Source of the DNA: Pseudonocardiaceae bacterium
GTDB lineage: Bacteria > Actinomycetota > Actinomycetes > Mycobacteriales > Pseudonocardiaceae
Direction of reading: 5' to 3'
Length of the DNA: 57,036 nucleotides
Assembly: GCA_050701375.1 (NCBI GenBank)
Contig: JBOHFC010000266.1
Coordinates: forward strand, 1 to 57,036
The position numbers and the translations under genes are program-made. Position 1 is the first letter of the stretch, and each line of letters starts with the position of its first letter. Positions 1 through 10,177 of the stretch are shown here, one piece after another. The notes beneath the pieces are model-generated. The model saw only the letters and a program-made list of their open reading frames with translations. It did no database searches and was not told the DNA's origin.

Positions 1-672
1 ACCCTGCGCTCGGCCTACATCCTCACCGCCCCACTGTGGGAGTTGGGGCAATATGAGCTTGCTCGCCAGCTCGCTGAGGACACCCTCACCCGATGCCGCC
101 GGGTCCTGGGCGACGACCACCCACACAGCCTGGTTTCGGCTTCTGCCCTCGCGATCGACCTGCGGGAGTTGGGGCAGTACGAGCCGGCTCGCCAGCTCGG
201 CGAGGACACCCTCACCCGATGCCGCCGGATCCTGGGCGACGACCACCCACACACCCTGATCCCGGCCGACGTCCTCGCCGCCGTCCTTCGGGAGGTGGGC
301 CAGCGTGAGCCGGCTCGCCAGCTCGGCGAGGACACCCTCACCCGCTGCCGCCGGATCCTGGGCGACGATCATCTCTTCACCCTGCGCGCGGCGCGCAATC
401 TTGCCACCACCCTGCGGGAAGTCGGGCAGCATGAGCCGGCTCGCCAGCTCGGCGAGGACACCCTCACCCGCTGCCACAGGGTTCTGGGCCACGACCACCC
501 CGACACCCTGCGCTCGGCCCACAACCTCGCCACCACCCTGCGCGAGATAGGGCAGCATGAGCCGGCTCGCCAGCTTGCCGAGGACACCCTCACCCGCTGC
601 CACAGGGTCCTGGGCCACGACCACCCCGACACCCTGCGCTCAGCCGCTAGCCTCGCCACCACCTTGGGCTGA
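1..672 (+). CDS. TPR-repeat protein, C-terminal fragment (5' end lies upstream of the window)
   Basis: Frame 1 is open from nt 1 to the stop at 670-672. It contains five consecutive 42-aa units (e.g. LGQYEPARQLGEDTLTRCRRILGDDHPHTL...) of the TPR_10/TPR_12 type, common at C-termini of actinobacterial STAND/NB-ARC regulators. Confidence 0.8.
   Translation, partial: TLRSAYILTAPLWELGQYELARQLAEDTLTRCRRVLGDDHPHSLVSASALAIDLRELGQYEPARQLGEDTLTRCRRILGDDHPHTLIPADVLAAVLREVGQREPARQLGEDTLTRCRRILGDDHLFTLRAARNLATTLREVGQHEPARQLGEDTLTRCHRVLGHDHPDTLRSAHNLATTLREIGQHEPARQLAEDTLTRCHRVLGHDHPDTLRSAASLATTLG
43..669 (+). repeat. Five tandem ~126-bp DNA repeats, each encoding one TPR unit
   Basis: Units begin near 43, 169, 295, 421 and 547. 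They share long near-identical runs (cgccagctcggcgaggacaccctcacccg.tgcc.c.gg.tcctgggc.acgaccaccc). Confidence 0.85.
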
Positions 673-734
673 GAACCCCGACGGGCCGCCGACCCCGGAG
701 CTGTGCACTGGGGTCTGTTGCGTAGGCGGAAGCT

Positions 735-1052
735 GGGACGTGCTACATCGATCAGCAGCGGGATGAACCGCTGCGCCCACCGGTAGATCGTCACATGATC
801 GACGGCGATTCGCCGCTCGCCAAAGGCTCTTCCACATCACGATAGGAGAGTCCGAAACGCAGATACCAACGCACCGTCAAGGTGATCATCTCCGGTGGGA
901 ACCGGAACCCGGCGACGGTCGAGGATGGGGCGAGACGGCAAACGGCTCTCATGCACCAAGCAGGACCACGGTTGCTCCCATCGCCGGACACAACAGAGCC
1001 GTCCCGGATGGTTGTTGCGTGGGTTACTGAAGGCGACGTTTGCAGTGTTCTC
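735..1052 (-). pseudogene. IS6-family transposase N-terminal remnant (frameshifted and truncated)
   Basis: Two adjacent minus-strand frames read ...RFPPEMITLTVRWYLRFGLSYRDVEE... (ending at 791) and ...TIYRWAQRFIPLLIDVARP (794 down to about 735). This is the conserved HTH N-terminus of IS26/IS6100-type transposases, split by a frameshift and cut off after about 60 residues. tttgcagtgttctc at 1039-1052 weakly resembles an IS6 terminal repeat (..TGCAAA end), so that part is tentative. Confidence 0.6.
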
Positions 1053-1214
1053 ACACGTCAGGTAGTGTGTACTAATCCGGTGTTGATCGGGGTCGGTGAT
1101 CTCGGGGGGATGTGTGAATTCGATGCGTCCGCCGTCGTCCGCCGTGGATGGTGATGTCCAGCCTTGGCGGTGCACCTGATGGTGATGAGCTTGGCATAAT
1201 ATGAAGCAGTTGCG

Positions 1215-1679
1215 CTATCTCCTTGTGCTATCGGAGTTCGGCGTAGCCGCCCCGGCAGGTTCCCGTCGATCCGAGATCGTTCTCCGAAGCCAGAAAAGGC
1301 CCAGCATCGGGAGCACCACCGGCACGAAGAAATAACCGCTGCCGAACACCGACCACACCGTGGCGTCCGGAAAGGCTTGAGGCGCCACGAGACTGACTGT
1401 TCCTATTGTGACGACACCAGTCAGTTCGATGACGCATGAGATCGCAGCGATCCGGCGGGAGGTCCGACTACCGTGCGTAAGCGTGACGGTGGCGACAATG
1501 TAGATCACTGCTGCCACGGCGGAGAGGAGGTAGGCCACCGGAGCCCGGTCGAACCGGGTCGCGATCTGCACTGCCGACCTGGCGGACGCGGCCATGGCGA
1601 AGATCGCATACACAGTGATCAGGATCCGGCCAGGTCCGGATCGGGTCACCGGATTGGTGGTCAGTTGACGCTCAGACAT
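1215..1679 (-). CDS. small integral membrane protein, unknown function
   Basis: 154-aa ORF with good GC3 and about 4 hydrophobic segments. It overlaps the upstream membrane-protein gene by 8 nt. Confidence 0.6.
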   Translation of the reverse strand: MSERQLTTNPVTRSGPGRILITVYAIFAMAASARSAVQIATRFDRAPVAYLLSAVAAVIYIVATVTLTHGSRTSRRIAAISCVIELTGVVTIGTVSLVAPQAFPDATVWSVFGSGYFFVPVVLPMLGLFWLRRTISDRREPAGAATPNSDSTRR

Positions 1680-2052
1680 GGCCAGTCCACACCTGGTGCA
1701 GTCGAACGATCATCACGGGAACGGCCAGACAGCCGACGACCAGCACCCCTGAGCCCCACCGACTCCGTTCCGCCAATGCCCACACCGCGGCCAACGGAAC
1801 GATCAGCAGCGGCCCGACCAGGTAGCCGACGAACGCGAACCGGTCGAGCTGTCGGCTAGTGAAGAGCATGTTGCCAACACCGCTCACCGCCTGCACCAGT
1901 AGCCCGAGCTCGAGCATCGCGAGGACTCCGAGCAGCACCCGGGTGAGCGGCCGTCCGAGGAGTAACGCTTGGTTGAGCAGGATCATGACCAGCGACCCAG
2001 CGGCGGCTCCGAGGGCTACGAAGGTGAGAATGGTGGCAAGAACATCGATCAT
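1672..2052 (-). CDS. small integral membrane protein, unknown function
   Basis: 126-aa ORF with 4 predicted TM segments. It lies immediately downstream of a tandem TACTAC/GTAGTA operator region. Confidence 0.6.
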   Translation of the reverse strand: MIDVLATILTFVALGAAAGSLVMILLNQALLLGRPLTRVLLGVLAMLELGLLVQAVSGVGNMLFTSRQLDRFAFVGYLVGPLLIVPLAAVWALAERSRWGSGVLVVGCLAVPVMIVRLHQVWTGHV

Positions 2053-2084
2053 CGTGCCGGGTCCCTAGGGTTGCGGGCAGGTTA

Positions 2085-2122
2085 ATCTACTACGATAGAT
2101 AGTATTACGTCGAGTAGTAGAT
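2085..2122. promoter_or_regulatory. Tandem dyad operators of type TACTAC-N5-GTAGTA
   Basis: The sequence is atCTACTACgatagATAGTATTACgtcgaGTAGTAGat. It gives two overlapping 17-bp dyads (2088-2104 and 2103-2119), each with one perfect half-site, plus 9-bp outer arms atctactac/gtagtagat. It sits 33 nt upstream of the start at 2052 and downstream of the blaI/blaR1-like pair. Confidence 0.6.
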
Positions 2123-2358
2123 ATCGTTACCCACGCCGTCAGGTCGATCGCGGGTCCGGGGCCGACAGCGGCCGGCGACCGCTAAGCGCGCTGGCCGCCG
2201 TGATCGTGGCGAATGCCGGTAATCGCGGTCACATCCGCGGCAGTGCGGGTGAGCGAGTCCAGACTCGGCGGTCCGAAGTGGCTGCAGCGCGTTGCCGGGT
2301 CACCGTGACCGCCGCTCTGAAGTGCATCGTCCGATCAGCACGTAGGACTGACTGCAGA

Positions 2359-3264
2359 CTAGACGAGAAGAAACGTCAGGGGAGTTGAGATCAGCACCAG
2401 CCCGGTCAGCAGCGCCAACCAGCGCAGCGTCACCGGCAGCGGGACAGTGGCACTGCTGATCCGCAGCAACCGAGCGGCCACTGCCGCGTCGCCCATGCCC
2501 AGGGTGCCAACCGGAGGGCTGGCAGCGTTCTCGTGGAACCAGCTCAATGCGCTCGCCAGCGATCGGGGGCACTGGTGTCGGCAGGCGCTCTCGTCCGCGC
2601 GCATCTCCACTAACAATGCCAAAGACTCGGCGGCCAGCGCGACGAGCCGACTCCGTGGAACGAGCCGGCGCAGCGCGGCAAACGGTAGAAGTACGAGATC
2701 GTGGCGTTCGCGGGCATGCGTTCGTTCGTGTGCGAGGACGGCCGCGATCTGATCCGGCGTGAGTGTCCGCACCGCTCCGGCGCTGAGCACAACCTGAGCT
2801 CGCAGCCCTGGAAGGCAGTAGGCTACCGCCACCGGATAATCGACGATCAGCGCACCCGGCGCGGCGGGGTCCTCGTGTGCGACCAGGGCGAGGAGCCTGC
2901 GATGCCGATGGCGCGTTCGCCAGACCGCGACCCACGTCGACACCGCCGCGAGCAGCACCACCACAGCGAGCGCGAAACCTAGTGCGGTGACAACGCCGTG
3001 GAAACCGCTGTGGCTGGCGAGCTGATCGCGTTCGAAGATGTCCCCGCCCCAGCTGGAAAGTGCGGTCGGGATGTCCGAGCCGTAAACCGACAACCCGATC
3101 GCAAGCAGCGTGCCCACGGCGCAGAGCACCCAACTTGCCGCGAGCATCTGCCACAGCGCGATGCTGATTCGCGGTGCTCGCCACACCCAACGTGCTCTCG
3201 CCAGCGGGCTAACCACACCGGTGCAGATCACGAGGGTCACCAGCATGTGAAGCGTCGGGCTCAT
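2359..3264 (-). CDS. M56-family (BlaR1/MecR1-like) membrane zinc metallopeptidase
   Basis: HEXXH in LAHERTHARERHD, with multiple TM segments. The start ATG overlaps the stop of the upstream blaI-like gene (ATGA at 3261-3264). Confidence 0.85.
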   Translation of the reverse strand: MSPTLHMLVTLVICTGVVSPLARARWVWRAPRISIALWQMLAASWVLCAVGTLLAIGLSVYGSDIPTALSSWGGDIFERDQLASHSGFHGVVTALGFALAVVVLLAAVSTWVAVWRTRHRHRRLLALVAHEDPAAPGALIVDYPVAVAYCLPGLRAQVVLSAGAVRTLTPDQIAAVLAHERTHARERHDLVLLPFAALRRLVPRSRLVALAAESLALLVEMRADESACRHQCPRSLASALSWFHENAASPPVGTLGMGDAAVAARLLRISSATVPLPVTLRWLALLTGLVLISTPLTFLLV

Positions 3265-3635
3265 CGGGACTTGCTGCTGTCCGGCTTCTTGCTGGCTGCC
3301 GCGAGCGCCCGGCTGAGCACCGTGGCATCCGGAGTGCCGACCGAAAGCGCAAAGTGCGTCAGGGCAGCCGGGCGGTCACCGGTGAGCGAGAGCGCATCCA
3401 GCATGAGCTGCGCTATAAAGGCTTCCCGACTGGCCGCAGCGACGTAGCGCCAGCTCCTTCCGTCGCGGTTGCGTTGGACCACCCCCTTCTTCGCCAACCT
3501 ATCCAGCACGGTCATCACCGTGGTGTATGCCAGGTCGCGATCGACGAGGGCGCGCGCAACATCACGCACGACTGTAGGTTCGCCGCGCTCCCACAGCACG
3601 TCCATTACCGCCCGTTCCAACTCGCCGAGCTTCAC
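3261..3635 (-). CDS. blaI: BlaI/MecI/CopY-family winged-helix transcriptional repressor
   Basis: MKLGELERAVMDVLWERGEPTVVRDVARAL..YTTVMTVLDRLAKKGVVQR..GRSWRY is the canonical Penicillinase_R signature. It is paired with an M56 peptidase. Confidence 0.9.
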   Translation of the reverse strand: MKLGELERAVMDVLWERGEPTVVRDVARALVDRDLAYTTVMTVLDRLAKKGVVQRNRDGRSWRYVAAASREAFIAQLMLDALSLTGDRPAALTHFALSVGTPDATVLSRALAAASKKPDSSKSR

Positions 3636-3742
3636 CGCGGACGGCCCCGAAACTCACGGCGCATGGGCCGATGATACCTCGGCCAGGGCGGCCGTGGCGT
3701 GCTCCGCCGAGGAGAGACGGAACACGCCACTTGGGGGGCGCC

Positions 3743-4345
3743 TTACCGAGCGGCCGGCTTTGCGCCGTACCATCGGTGGACGTCCTCGACCGACCCGATC
3801 GGTACGTCGAGCACCTCGCCCGGCCGCTCGTCGTCGCCAACGGCGAGCACGAACCGGCACGGAGCTCGCCCGGATACCGACAGCGTGTAGGTTCCAGCCT
3901 CACCAGGGAAGCGGCCGGCGAGATAGCTCAAGTACGAGGTGTCCGTGTATGGCTCGTCAAAGGTCTCCCGGCGAGACGGCCGGAGCACACGCCCCTCTCC
4001 GGAAGGGGAAACGATCGTCAGGACGGGTAAGTCGTCGTCCGGAAGGTCCTGCTCGGGACTCAGCTTGGGAACGAGCAGCTCCACGAACAGGTTCTGGTCG
4101 GCGCGCAGCTCGGCACGCACGGTGCGGGTGTCCGCCGAGTCCTCGATAGCGCCGTAGAAGGCGAACGAGATGTTCCCGTCCGGCAGCGTCGGAGCCTTGC
4201 CCCGACTCGAGTTCGTCCTGGTGAGCACTACCGGGATGTGCATCAGGAGAAACCCAGTGAGTGCAAGGACGAAGCGGGTGTGCCCGGCCGTGTCCGCCAA
4301 CGCCATGCGTGCCGAGGGCAGCCAGCGCAATTGCTTCTTGATCAT
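3743..4345 (-). CDS. hypothetical protein with N-terminal membrane anchor
   Basis: 200-aa ORF with high GC3. It has one N-terminal hydrophobic segment (FVLALTGFLLMHIPVVL). No family was recognised. Confidence 0.5.
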   Translation of the reverse strand: MIKKQLRWLPSARMALADTAGHTRFVLALTGFLLMHIPVVLTRTNSSRGKAPTLPDGNISFAFYGAIEDSADTRTVRAELRADQNLFVELLVPKLSPEQDLPDDDLPVLTIVSPSGEGRVLRPSRRETFDEPYTDTSYLSYLAGRFPGEAGTYTLSVSGRAPCRFVLAVGDDERPGEVLDVPIGSVEDVHRWYGAKPAAR

Positions 4346-4354
4346 CTCTTTTCC

Positions 4355-4861
4355 TTATCCTTCCTCGCCAGTTGTGCGCATCCCGTCGCGTTCGGCTCTG
4401 GAAAAGCGAAAGACGCACACCTTCTTCTGGTCGGTCTGCCGAGCTAGCACTCTGGTGCTCAGGCCGGGAATGGCACGTTCGGTGGCTGCCAGGTCCAGCT
4501 CACACACGATCGGCTCCGGTGGCGTGAGGCCTAGCCGTTCGGCGGCTGCAAGGCAGCTGCAGGTCAGCATCACCTCCAGCGCCGCGTCCTCGCCAGGCCT
4601 CGAGTCGTCGACGAACTCGGCCGCGATGCCGATCGCGGCCAAACCGGGCACCGCTGTGGCCAGGCCCTCGGCCAGCCGATGGTGGTCGATCAAGGGGCCG
4701 ATTCGGGCGGCCTGCCGCGGCACCAGTTCCTCCAGGGTGACCTGCCGGGCATGTTCGGCGCCGTGTTCGGCTCTGAGATCTAGATAGCGGCCTGCCTGCT
4801 CGCATAGGGATCTGGTCGCGCGTTCAGCGGGCGTAGGGTGGGCAGTCTGGGATTCGGACAT
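4355..4861 (-). CDS. hypothetical protein
   Basis: 168-aa ORF with coding-like codon usage and no recognisable motif. Its 5' end overlaps the tail of the IS701 transposase ORF by 82 nt. Confidence 0.4.
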   Translation of the reverse strand: MSESQTAHPTPAERATRSLCEQAGRYLDLRAEHGAEHARQVTLEELVPRQAARIGPLIDHHRLAEGLATAVPGLAAIGIAAEFVDDSRPGEDAALEVMLTCSCLAAAERLGLTPPEPIVCELDLAATERAIPGLSTRVLARQTDQKKVCVFRFSRAERDGMRTTGEEG

Positions 4862-6090
4862 AGCTGCTCCTTCGCAGGATCGGTAGGTGAATTCCGGCGC
4901 TGGGAGTTGCCTGCGCCTGGGGATAGGGATGTGGCGCTCGACACGTGTGCCGTTGACCCGTCCGCGCCGCCGGCTAAAACCAGGCAGCTATGGGCGGCAA
5001 GCGCGAGAGTCGTGTACCGGTACCAGCTCATCCACTGACGCACCTCATACTCGTTCAGCCCGACGTTTTCGCAAGCGGAGGCGAGCACACTGGTGTTGCC
5101 ATCGATCACCGAGGTGACCTCTGCGAGCTCTACGAGCGAGGTCCCACGGCCTGCATAGCAGAGGTAGCCGCGTAGGTTCTCGGCGACGGTATTGACGCCT
5201 CGCCGCAGCAGTAACGAGCGCGCCATCCAGGCTCGCTCGGGCGAGGAAAGCGGTAGCTGGGTCCACCGATAGCGGCGACTCGGGTTGGGCGCCTCGATCT
5301 GTTGTGGTTGCGGCGTCCACGCGTCCGGTGGGACGAGCGCCGCGGCGACCTCGGCAGTGCACCTGTGCACCCGACCGTCGACGAGAAGCGGCAACCGCGC
5401 AGCTAGCGGGATACCGAGGACAAACGGTACCCGGTGGCGTTCCAGGAACGCGCGTAATCGTTGGTCGTTGCCCCATGGGGTGCTCGCCCCCACCCAGCCC
5501 ACCGGGACTCGTGCGGCGAGCGCTCGTGCCACCATAGACGCGCCGAGTTCGGCCGTGGACCGATATACGACGCTCTCCGGTATCCTGCCGATTCGGCGCA
5601 GTGAGTGGTCGTTCGCCCACGACGGCGGTAGGTACAGTTCCCGGTCGATGAGAAAACGCCCCGTGCGCGTCGCATAGGTCAGGAAGAGACCGGTCTGGAC
5701 GTTCTCGGACCGTCGATTGTCGGCTGATCTCTGGAGATCCACACCCACCGATCGATTGCCTTTCTTGTGAAACCGCCATTCGTCGATCACGAGCACGGAA
5801 TTATTGTCCGCCGCATAGCCGACGATGAAGGCACAGAGATCGTCCCGCACCTTTTCTGCGTTCCAGTGCGCTGAACTCAGCAGACGTTGCATACCGTCCG
5901 GATATTTTTCGCCGCTAACTGCGGCCAATTGCCAACCGTTCCGACGTTCCACCGAGCTGAGCAGGCCGCGTAAGTATAGTCGTACCCGTTCACGTGGCTC
6001 CGCCCGTGCGAATCGTTGACCAATAAGGAGGTGCAAGGCGTCGAGGTAGTCAAGCTGCTCGTACAGGCCAGGATAAAGTGGCATGGCCAC
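4780..6090 (-). mobile_element. IS701-family (DDE) transposase gene
   Basis: 436-aa ORF. LIGQRFARAEPRERVRLYLRGLL..ERRNGWQLA......DGMQRLLSSAHWN...VRDDL...VLVIDEWRFHKKGNRSVGV...YEVRQW..WYRYTTLALAA matches the IS701/ISL3-like DDE_5 layout. Element ends were not identified. Confidence 0.8.
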
Positions 6091-6856
6091 GCCCTCCCTC
6101 CGCCGGCCACATCTGATATGCCTTTATCTAAAGATAGCCCGCCTCGCGGTATTCGTCATGAGTAAGTGCGGCTTGGGTCACATCTTGACCCAAGCCATCC
6201 GCCTGACGTATAACCCTGCTGTTCTACTTCATTTGATGTAGCCAACTGCATCACATGGAGTACGACGAAGGTGGACCTGCGCAGAGGACGACAGACCGTT
6301 CATCAACATCATCCCTTCCGCAATTTATTAGCAGCAGCAAGTTGGCGCTAATAGTTCCCGGTCCGGCGGCGCACATCCAATTTTTTAGTCGGTGTCGCTG
6401 GCTGTTTGTTCGCTGAACTCGTCGGTTAATCGAACGTCCTGCGAAGGTGCAAGAAGGATGGAAGGATGCAATCTATATTGGTGTTCATCCGCAGTGTCGC
6501 ATCGGCGCTTCTGGATCTCCCTGATAGGCCGCCTCAGTCAGCGCACTGCGAACCTTCGCCCCATCCCGCACCGATGTTCGTCGCCCTGGAACGGCTGCGC
6601 GCCAGGGCGGCGAACATGGATCACGACTCCAGCTGCTACACCGCGGCTCCAGTCACACTGTGGACTGGACCCCGGGCTGGGTGAACTTGGAGTGGCCTCG
6701 ACCCGGTTTGGGGCGTCCCACGACCGCTACGCCACGATGGAGATGGGGACTGTTCCGTGATGAGTGGAAGGGGGATGATCGGCACTCGTCGCACGGTAGG
6801 TCCGTCAGCCGGGCAGGGCGGCGCCACGCAGAGAACTGAGGTCGTTACGGCGACGC

Positions 6857-8221
6857 CTACGAAGGCGACGCACAAGAACCCCCGTGATCCGGGTGTGAGG
6901 CACATGCTGCAGCGGTCGCAGCGGCCGGCAGCGCGTCGAGGACGCGAGACAGGGCATCCTCGTCCAGCGCCGCAGACACGAACCATGCCTCGAACGCGGA
7001 CGGGGGCAGATAAACGCCGTGCGCCAGCATCGCGTGGAAGAAGGCGCGGTAGACCGTGGTGTCCTGGGCCAACGCCGCGGCCTGGTCGGGCACCGCCTCG
7101 TCGTAGAAGAAGACCGAGAACAGGTTGCCGCAGTGCTGCACGCGGTGTGGCACTGCGGCGCGGGCGAGCGCCGTGGATACCTCCGTGCACAGCACATCGG
7201 CCACTCTGTTGAGATGCTGGTACACGCAATCGTCCGCGTGGCGCAGCGTGGCGAGGCCTGCGGCGGTGGCCAGCGGGTTACCGGACAGGGTACCCGCCTG
7301 GTACACGGGTCCGACCGGAGCGAGTTGCTCCATCAGATCTGCCCGGCCACCGAATGCGGCGGCGGGCAGGCCGCCGCTCATGGCCTTGCCGAAAGTCAGG
7401 AGATCGGGTTGCAGACCCTCACGGACCGACCAACCACCAGGACCGAGCCGGAACCCGGTGATCACCTCGTCGATCACCAGCAGCGCGCCGTGCTCGCGGC
7501 AAGTCTCGGCCAGCATGGCCGAGAAGCCGGGTGCCGGTGGGATCACGCCCATGTTCGCCGGCACCGCCTCTGTGATGAGGCAGGCGATGCGTTCACCATG
7601 TCGGTCGAACGCCGCCCTTACCGCGGTGTCGTCGTTGTAGGGCAACACGATCGTGTCGTTCACTTGGTTGATACCGACACCGCGGCTGTCCGGCAGCCCC
7701 AAGGTGAGCAGCCCGGAGCCGGCTGCGGCGAGCAACGCGTCGACGTGACCGTGGTAACAGCCGGCGAACTTCACCACCTTGGGTCGGCCCGTGTGCGCTC
7801 GGGCCAGTCGCACCGCCGACATTGTCGCCTCGGTGCCAGAGTTCACCAGGCGCAGCCGTTCCACTGCCGGCACCCGTGCCGCAATCTCCTCGGCGAGCAG
7901 CACCTCCCCTTCGGTCGGCGCGCCGAACGAGGTGCCTCGGGCAGCAGCGGCGGCAACCGCGTCGACCACTGCAGGGTGAGCGTGCCCGAGCAACAGGGCG
8001 CCCCAGGAATTGACCAAATCTACGTACTCGCGTCCGTCCACGTCGGTCAGGTACGGACCAGCGCCGCTCGCCGCGAACCTGGGCGTGCCACCGACCGCAC
8101 GGTACGCCCGGACCGGAGAGTTGACGCCGCCCGGGATGACCGCGCTGGCCCGTTCGAACAGCGCCTCGGAGCGGGGGACGTCAGGCGGGTAGTTCTTCAT
8201 GGCAGGGAAGTCCAGACTCAT
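6857..8221 (-). CDS. hemL: glutamate-1-semialdehyde 2,1-aminomutase
   Basis: [25 protein letters not shown]......[19 protein letters not shown]...LGHAHP, with an aminotransferase class III body. A perfect AGGAGG lies 7 nt upstream of ATG 8221. Confidence 0.95.
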   Translation of the reverse strand: MSLDFPAMKNYPPDVPRSEALFERASAVIPGGVNSPVRAYRAVGGTPRFAASGAGPYLTDVDGREYVDLVNSWGALLLGHAHPAVVDAVAAAAARGTSFGAPTEGEVLLAEEIAARVPAVERLRLVNSGTEATMSAVRLARAHTGRPKVVKFAGCYHGHVDALLAAAGSGLLTLGLPDSRGVGINQVNDTIVLPYNDDTAVRAAFDRHGERIACLITEAVPANMGVIPPAPGFSAMLAETCREHGALLVIDEVITGFRLGPGGWSVREGLQPDLLTFGKAMSGGLPAAAFGGRADLMEQLAPVGPVYQAGTLSGNPLATAAGLATLRHADDCVYQHLNRVADVLCTEVSTALARAAVPHRVQHCGNLFSVFFYDEAVPDQAAALAQDTTVYRAFFHAMLAHGVYLPPSAFEAWFVSAALDEDALSRVLDALPAAATAAACASHPDHGGSCASPS

Positions 8222-9146
8222 CGGACCACCTCCTGGGCTGAGGGAGATCGGCGTTAACCCAGTCGCGGGGCTGAAGGAAACGGCGCACGTCGTCCTCCGG
8301 CGTGCCGGGCTCTGGCTGAAGGCGGTAGCCCCACCGCGCCAGCGGAGGCATGGAGATCAGAATTGCCTCGATGTTGCCGTTAGTCTGCAGGCCGAACAGG
8401 GTGCCCCGGTCGTAGACGAGGTTGAATTCCGCGTACCGGCTGCGCCTGAGCAGTTGCCACTGCCGTTCCCGGTCGCCGTAGGGCAACGAGCACCGCCGGT
8501 CCAGTATGGGCAGATAGGTTGGGAGGATAGTGGTCAATCCGTCCTTCACGAAGGATCGATATGCGCTGAAGGCGGAAGGGTCAGGATCGTTGAGCTGGTC
8601 GAAGAAGACGCCGCCGATGCCGCGCATCTCGCCACGGTGGCGGATCGTGAAGTATTCGTCACATGTTGCCTTCCATTGTGGATAGTTTGCCCGCGGATGT
8701 CGGGAACACCAATCCCGTAGGGTGCAGTGGAAGTGCACGGCGTCCTCGTCGAAGCCGTACATCGGGGTGAGATCGACCCCGCCGCCGAACCACCAGTGGC
8801 CGCCAGCCTCGAAGTACCGGAAGTTCGCGTGGAAGGAAGGTGCGTAAGGGTTGAGCGGGTGCAGCACCATCGAGATTCCGGTCGCCTGGAACGGCTGACC
8901 GGCCAGGTGCGGCAGGGTCTTGGTGATCGACGGCGGGGTACTCGTACCGGCGACGTGGGAGACGTTCACCCCGGCCCGCTCGAAGACACGTCCTCCCTCC
9001 ATTGTGCACACTCGTCCGCCGCCAAGTTCGCTATTCTGCCAAGGCTCTCGTCGAAAGGGCACATCGCCGTCATACCGGTCGAATGCGTCAACCAGCCTGG
9101 TCTGCTCCTCGTAGAGCAGTTCGGCCATGGCATTGGTGAGATTCAC
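8181..9146 (-). CDS. hemF: oxygen-dependent coproporphyrinogen III oxidase
   Basis: [42 protein letters not shown]...RGIGG.FFD.L...[30 protein letters not shown] is collinear with E. coli HemF as I remember it. The start is called at GTG 9146 (GTGA overlap with the hemE stop, AAGGAGG 9 nt upstream). The longer ORF reaching 9578 is rejected. Confidence 0.9.
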   Translation of the reverse strand: MNLTNAMAELLYEEQTRLVDAFDRYDGDVPFRREPWQNSELGGGRVCTMEGGRVFERAGVNVSHVAGTSTPPSITKTLPHLAGQPFQATGISMVLHPLNPYAPSFHANFRYFEAGGHWWFGGGVDLTPMYGFDEDAVHFHCTLRDWCSRHPRANYPQWKATCDEYFTIRHRGEMRGIGGVFFDQLNDPDPSAFSAYRSFVKDGLTTILPTYLPILDRRCSLPYGDRERQWQLLRRSRYAEFNLVYDRGTLFGLQTNGNIEAILISMPPLARWGYRLQPEPGTPEDDVRRFLQPRDWVNADLPQPRRWSDESGLPCHEELPA

Positions 9147-10177
9147 TGCTCTTGTCCTCCTTCGGTCACATCGCGTCGGAACTCGTGCACCGCATCCACC
9201 AGTCGAGCGACGGTGTCCGGCGGCGTCTGCGGGAGTACCCCGTGTCCAAGGTTGAAGATGTGTGCACCACCCATGCCGGATCGCAACACCGTGGCGGCCG
9301 CGGAGACGGCGAGCTCCGGAGTGCTGAGCAGCAGACCGGGATCGAGGTTTCCCTGTAGCACCTTGTCCGGCAATTGTTGACGGCTGCGTGCCAACGAGCA
9401 TCGCCAGTCCACGCTGACCACCTCGGCGGGCAGCGTGGCGATCTGCGGGTAGAGGTGGGAGGCTCCGACCGCGAGGTAGATCCGTGGCACACCGAGCCCG
9501 CCAAGCGCGTCCAAGACGCGGTACGCGTATGGCAGACCGTAGCTGGCGTAACCCGCTTCGTCGAGGACGCCGGCCCAACTGTCGAACAGTTGCACCGCCT
9601 GCACACCGGAAAGAACCTGGGTTCGCAGGTATCGGATGGTCACCTCGGTCAACTTGTCCAGCAGGGCATGCGCGGTCGCGGATTCACGCCAGAGCCAGCC
9701 ACGCAACTCACCGTGATCGCTCGTGCCGGTACCCTGTACCAGGTAGGTCAGCAGCGTCAGCGGACCGCCTGCGAAGCCGATCAACGGTACCGGGCACTCG
9801 GCCCGCAGCAGCCTGCAGGCCTCTGCGACGAACGGCGCGATCTCCTCGGCCTCCGGCACACCTAGACTGTCCACATCGGACTGTGAGCGCACCGGCTGGC
9901 TGATCACCGGACCGGGTTGGAACTCGACCCGTACGCCCATCGATGGCAGCGGTGTCATGATGTCACTGAAGAGGATCGCGGCATCCAGCGGGAACCGGCG
10001 CACTGGATGTAGGGTGACCTCGGCGGCGAGGTCGGGGTGCCGGACCATCGTCCAGAATCCGTACCGCTGCTTCAGATCGCGGTACTCCGGTAAGTACCGA
10101 CCTGCCTGTCGCATCAACCACACTGGAGCGGTCGGTGTCGAGGCACCCCACGCAGCGTCCAGGAACAAGGTACTCAC
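9143..10177 (-). CDS. hemE: uroporphyrinogen decarboxylase
   Basis: [16 protein letters not shown] signature. The GTG start overlaps the hemB stop (GTGA at 10174-10177). Confidence 0.95.
   Translation of the reverse strand: MSTLFLDAAWGASTPTAPVWLMRQAGRYLPEYRDLKQRYGFWTMVRHPDLAAEVTLHPVRRFPLDAAILFSDIMTPLPSMGVRVEFQPGPVISQPVRSQSDVDSLGVPEAEEIAPFVAEACRLLRAECPVPLIGFAGGPLTLLTYLVQGTGTSDHGELRGWLWRESATAHALLDKLTEVTIRYLRTQVLSGVQAVQLFDSWAGVLDEAGYASYGLPYAYRVLDALGGLGVPRIYLAVGASHLYPQIATLPAEVVSVDWRCSLARSRQQLPDKVLQGNLDPGLLLSTPELAVSAAATVLRSGMGGAHIFNLGHGVLPQTPPDTVARLVDAVHEFRRDVTEGGQEQ

Noticed and set aside
6392-6856. Small ORFs (122, 72 and 197 aa) in the gap between the IS701 gene and hemL
   Set aside because: They have no motifs, mutually overlapping frames and poor codon bias. 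The region is left unannotated and may be IS-associated or a degraded sequence.
7019-8257. 412-aa plus-strand ORF
   Set aside because: It is antisense to hemL, which has unmistakable motifs and a perfect RBS. It is Arg/Gly/His-rich with no recognisable family. This is the typical shadow ORF of high-GC DNA.
9147-9578. Long N-terminal extension of hemF (465-aa ORF). The same issue applies to hemB (to 11490), hemY (from 13264), the fusion gene (from 25278), the aldolase (from 27629), P450-2 (from 30812), UbiA (to 35656), the PEP-utiliser (to 37999) and the PPDK-like gene (from 48349)
   Set aside because: The extensions overlap the upstream genes, are Arg-rich and non-homologous. Internal starts with RBS and/or ATGA/GTGA coupling give proteins of canonical length.
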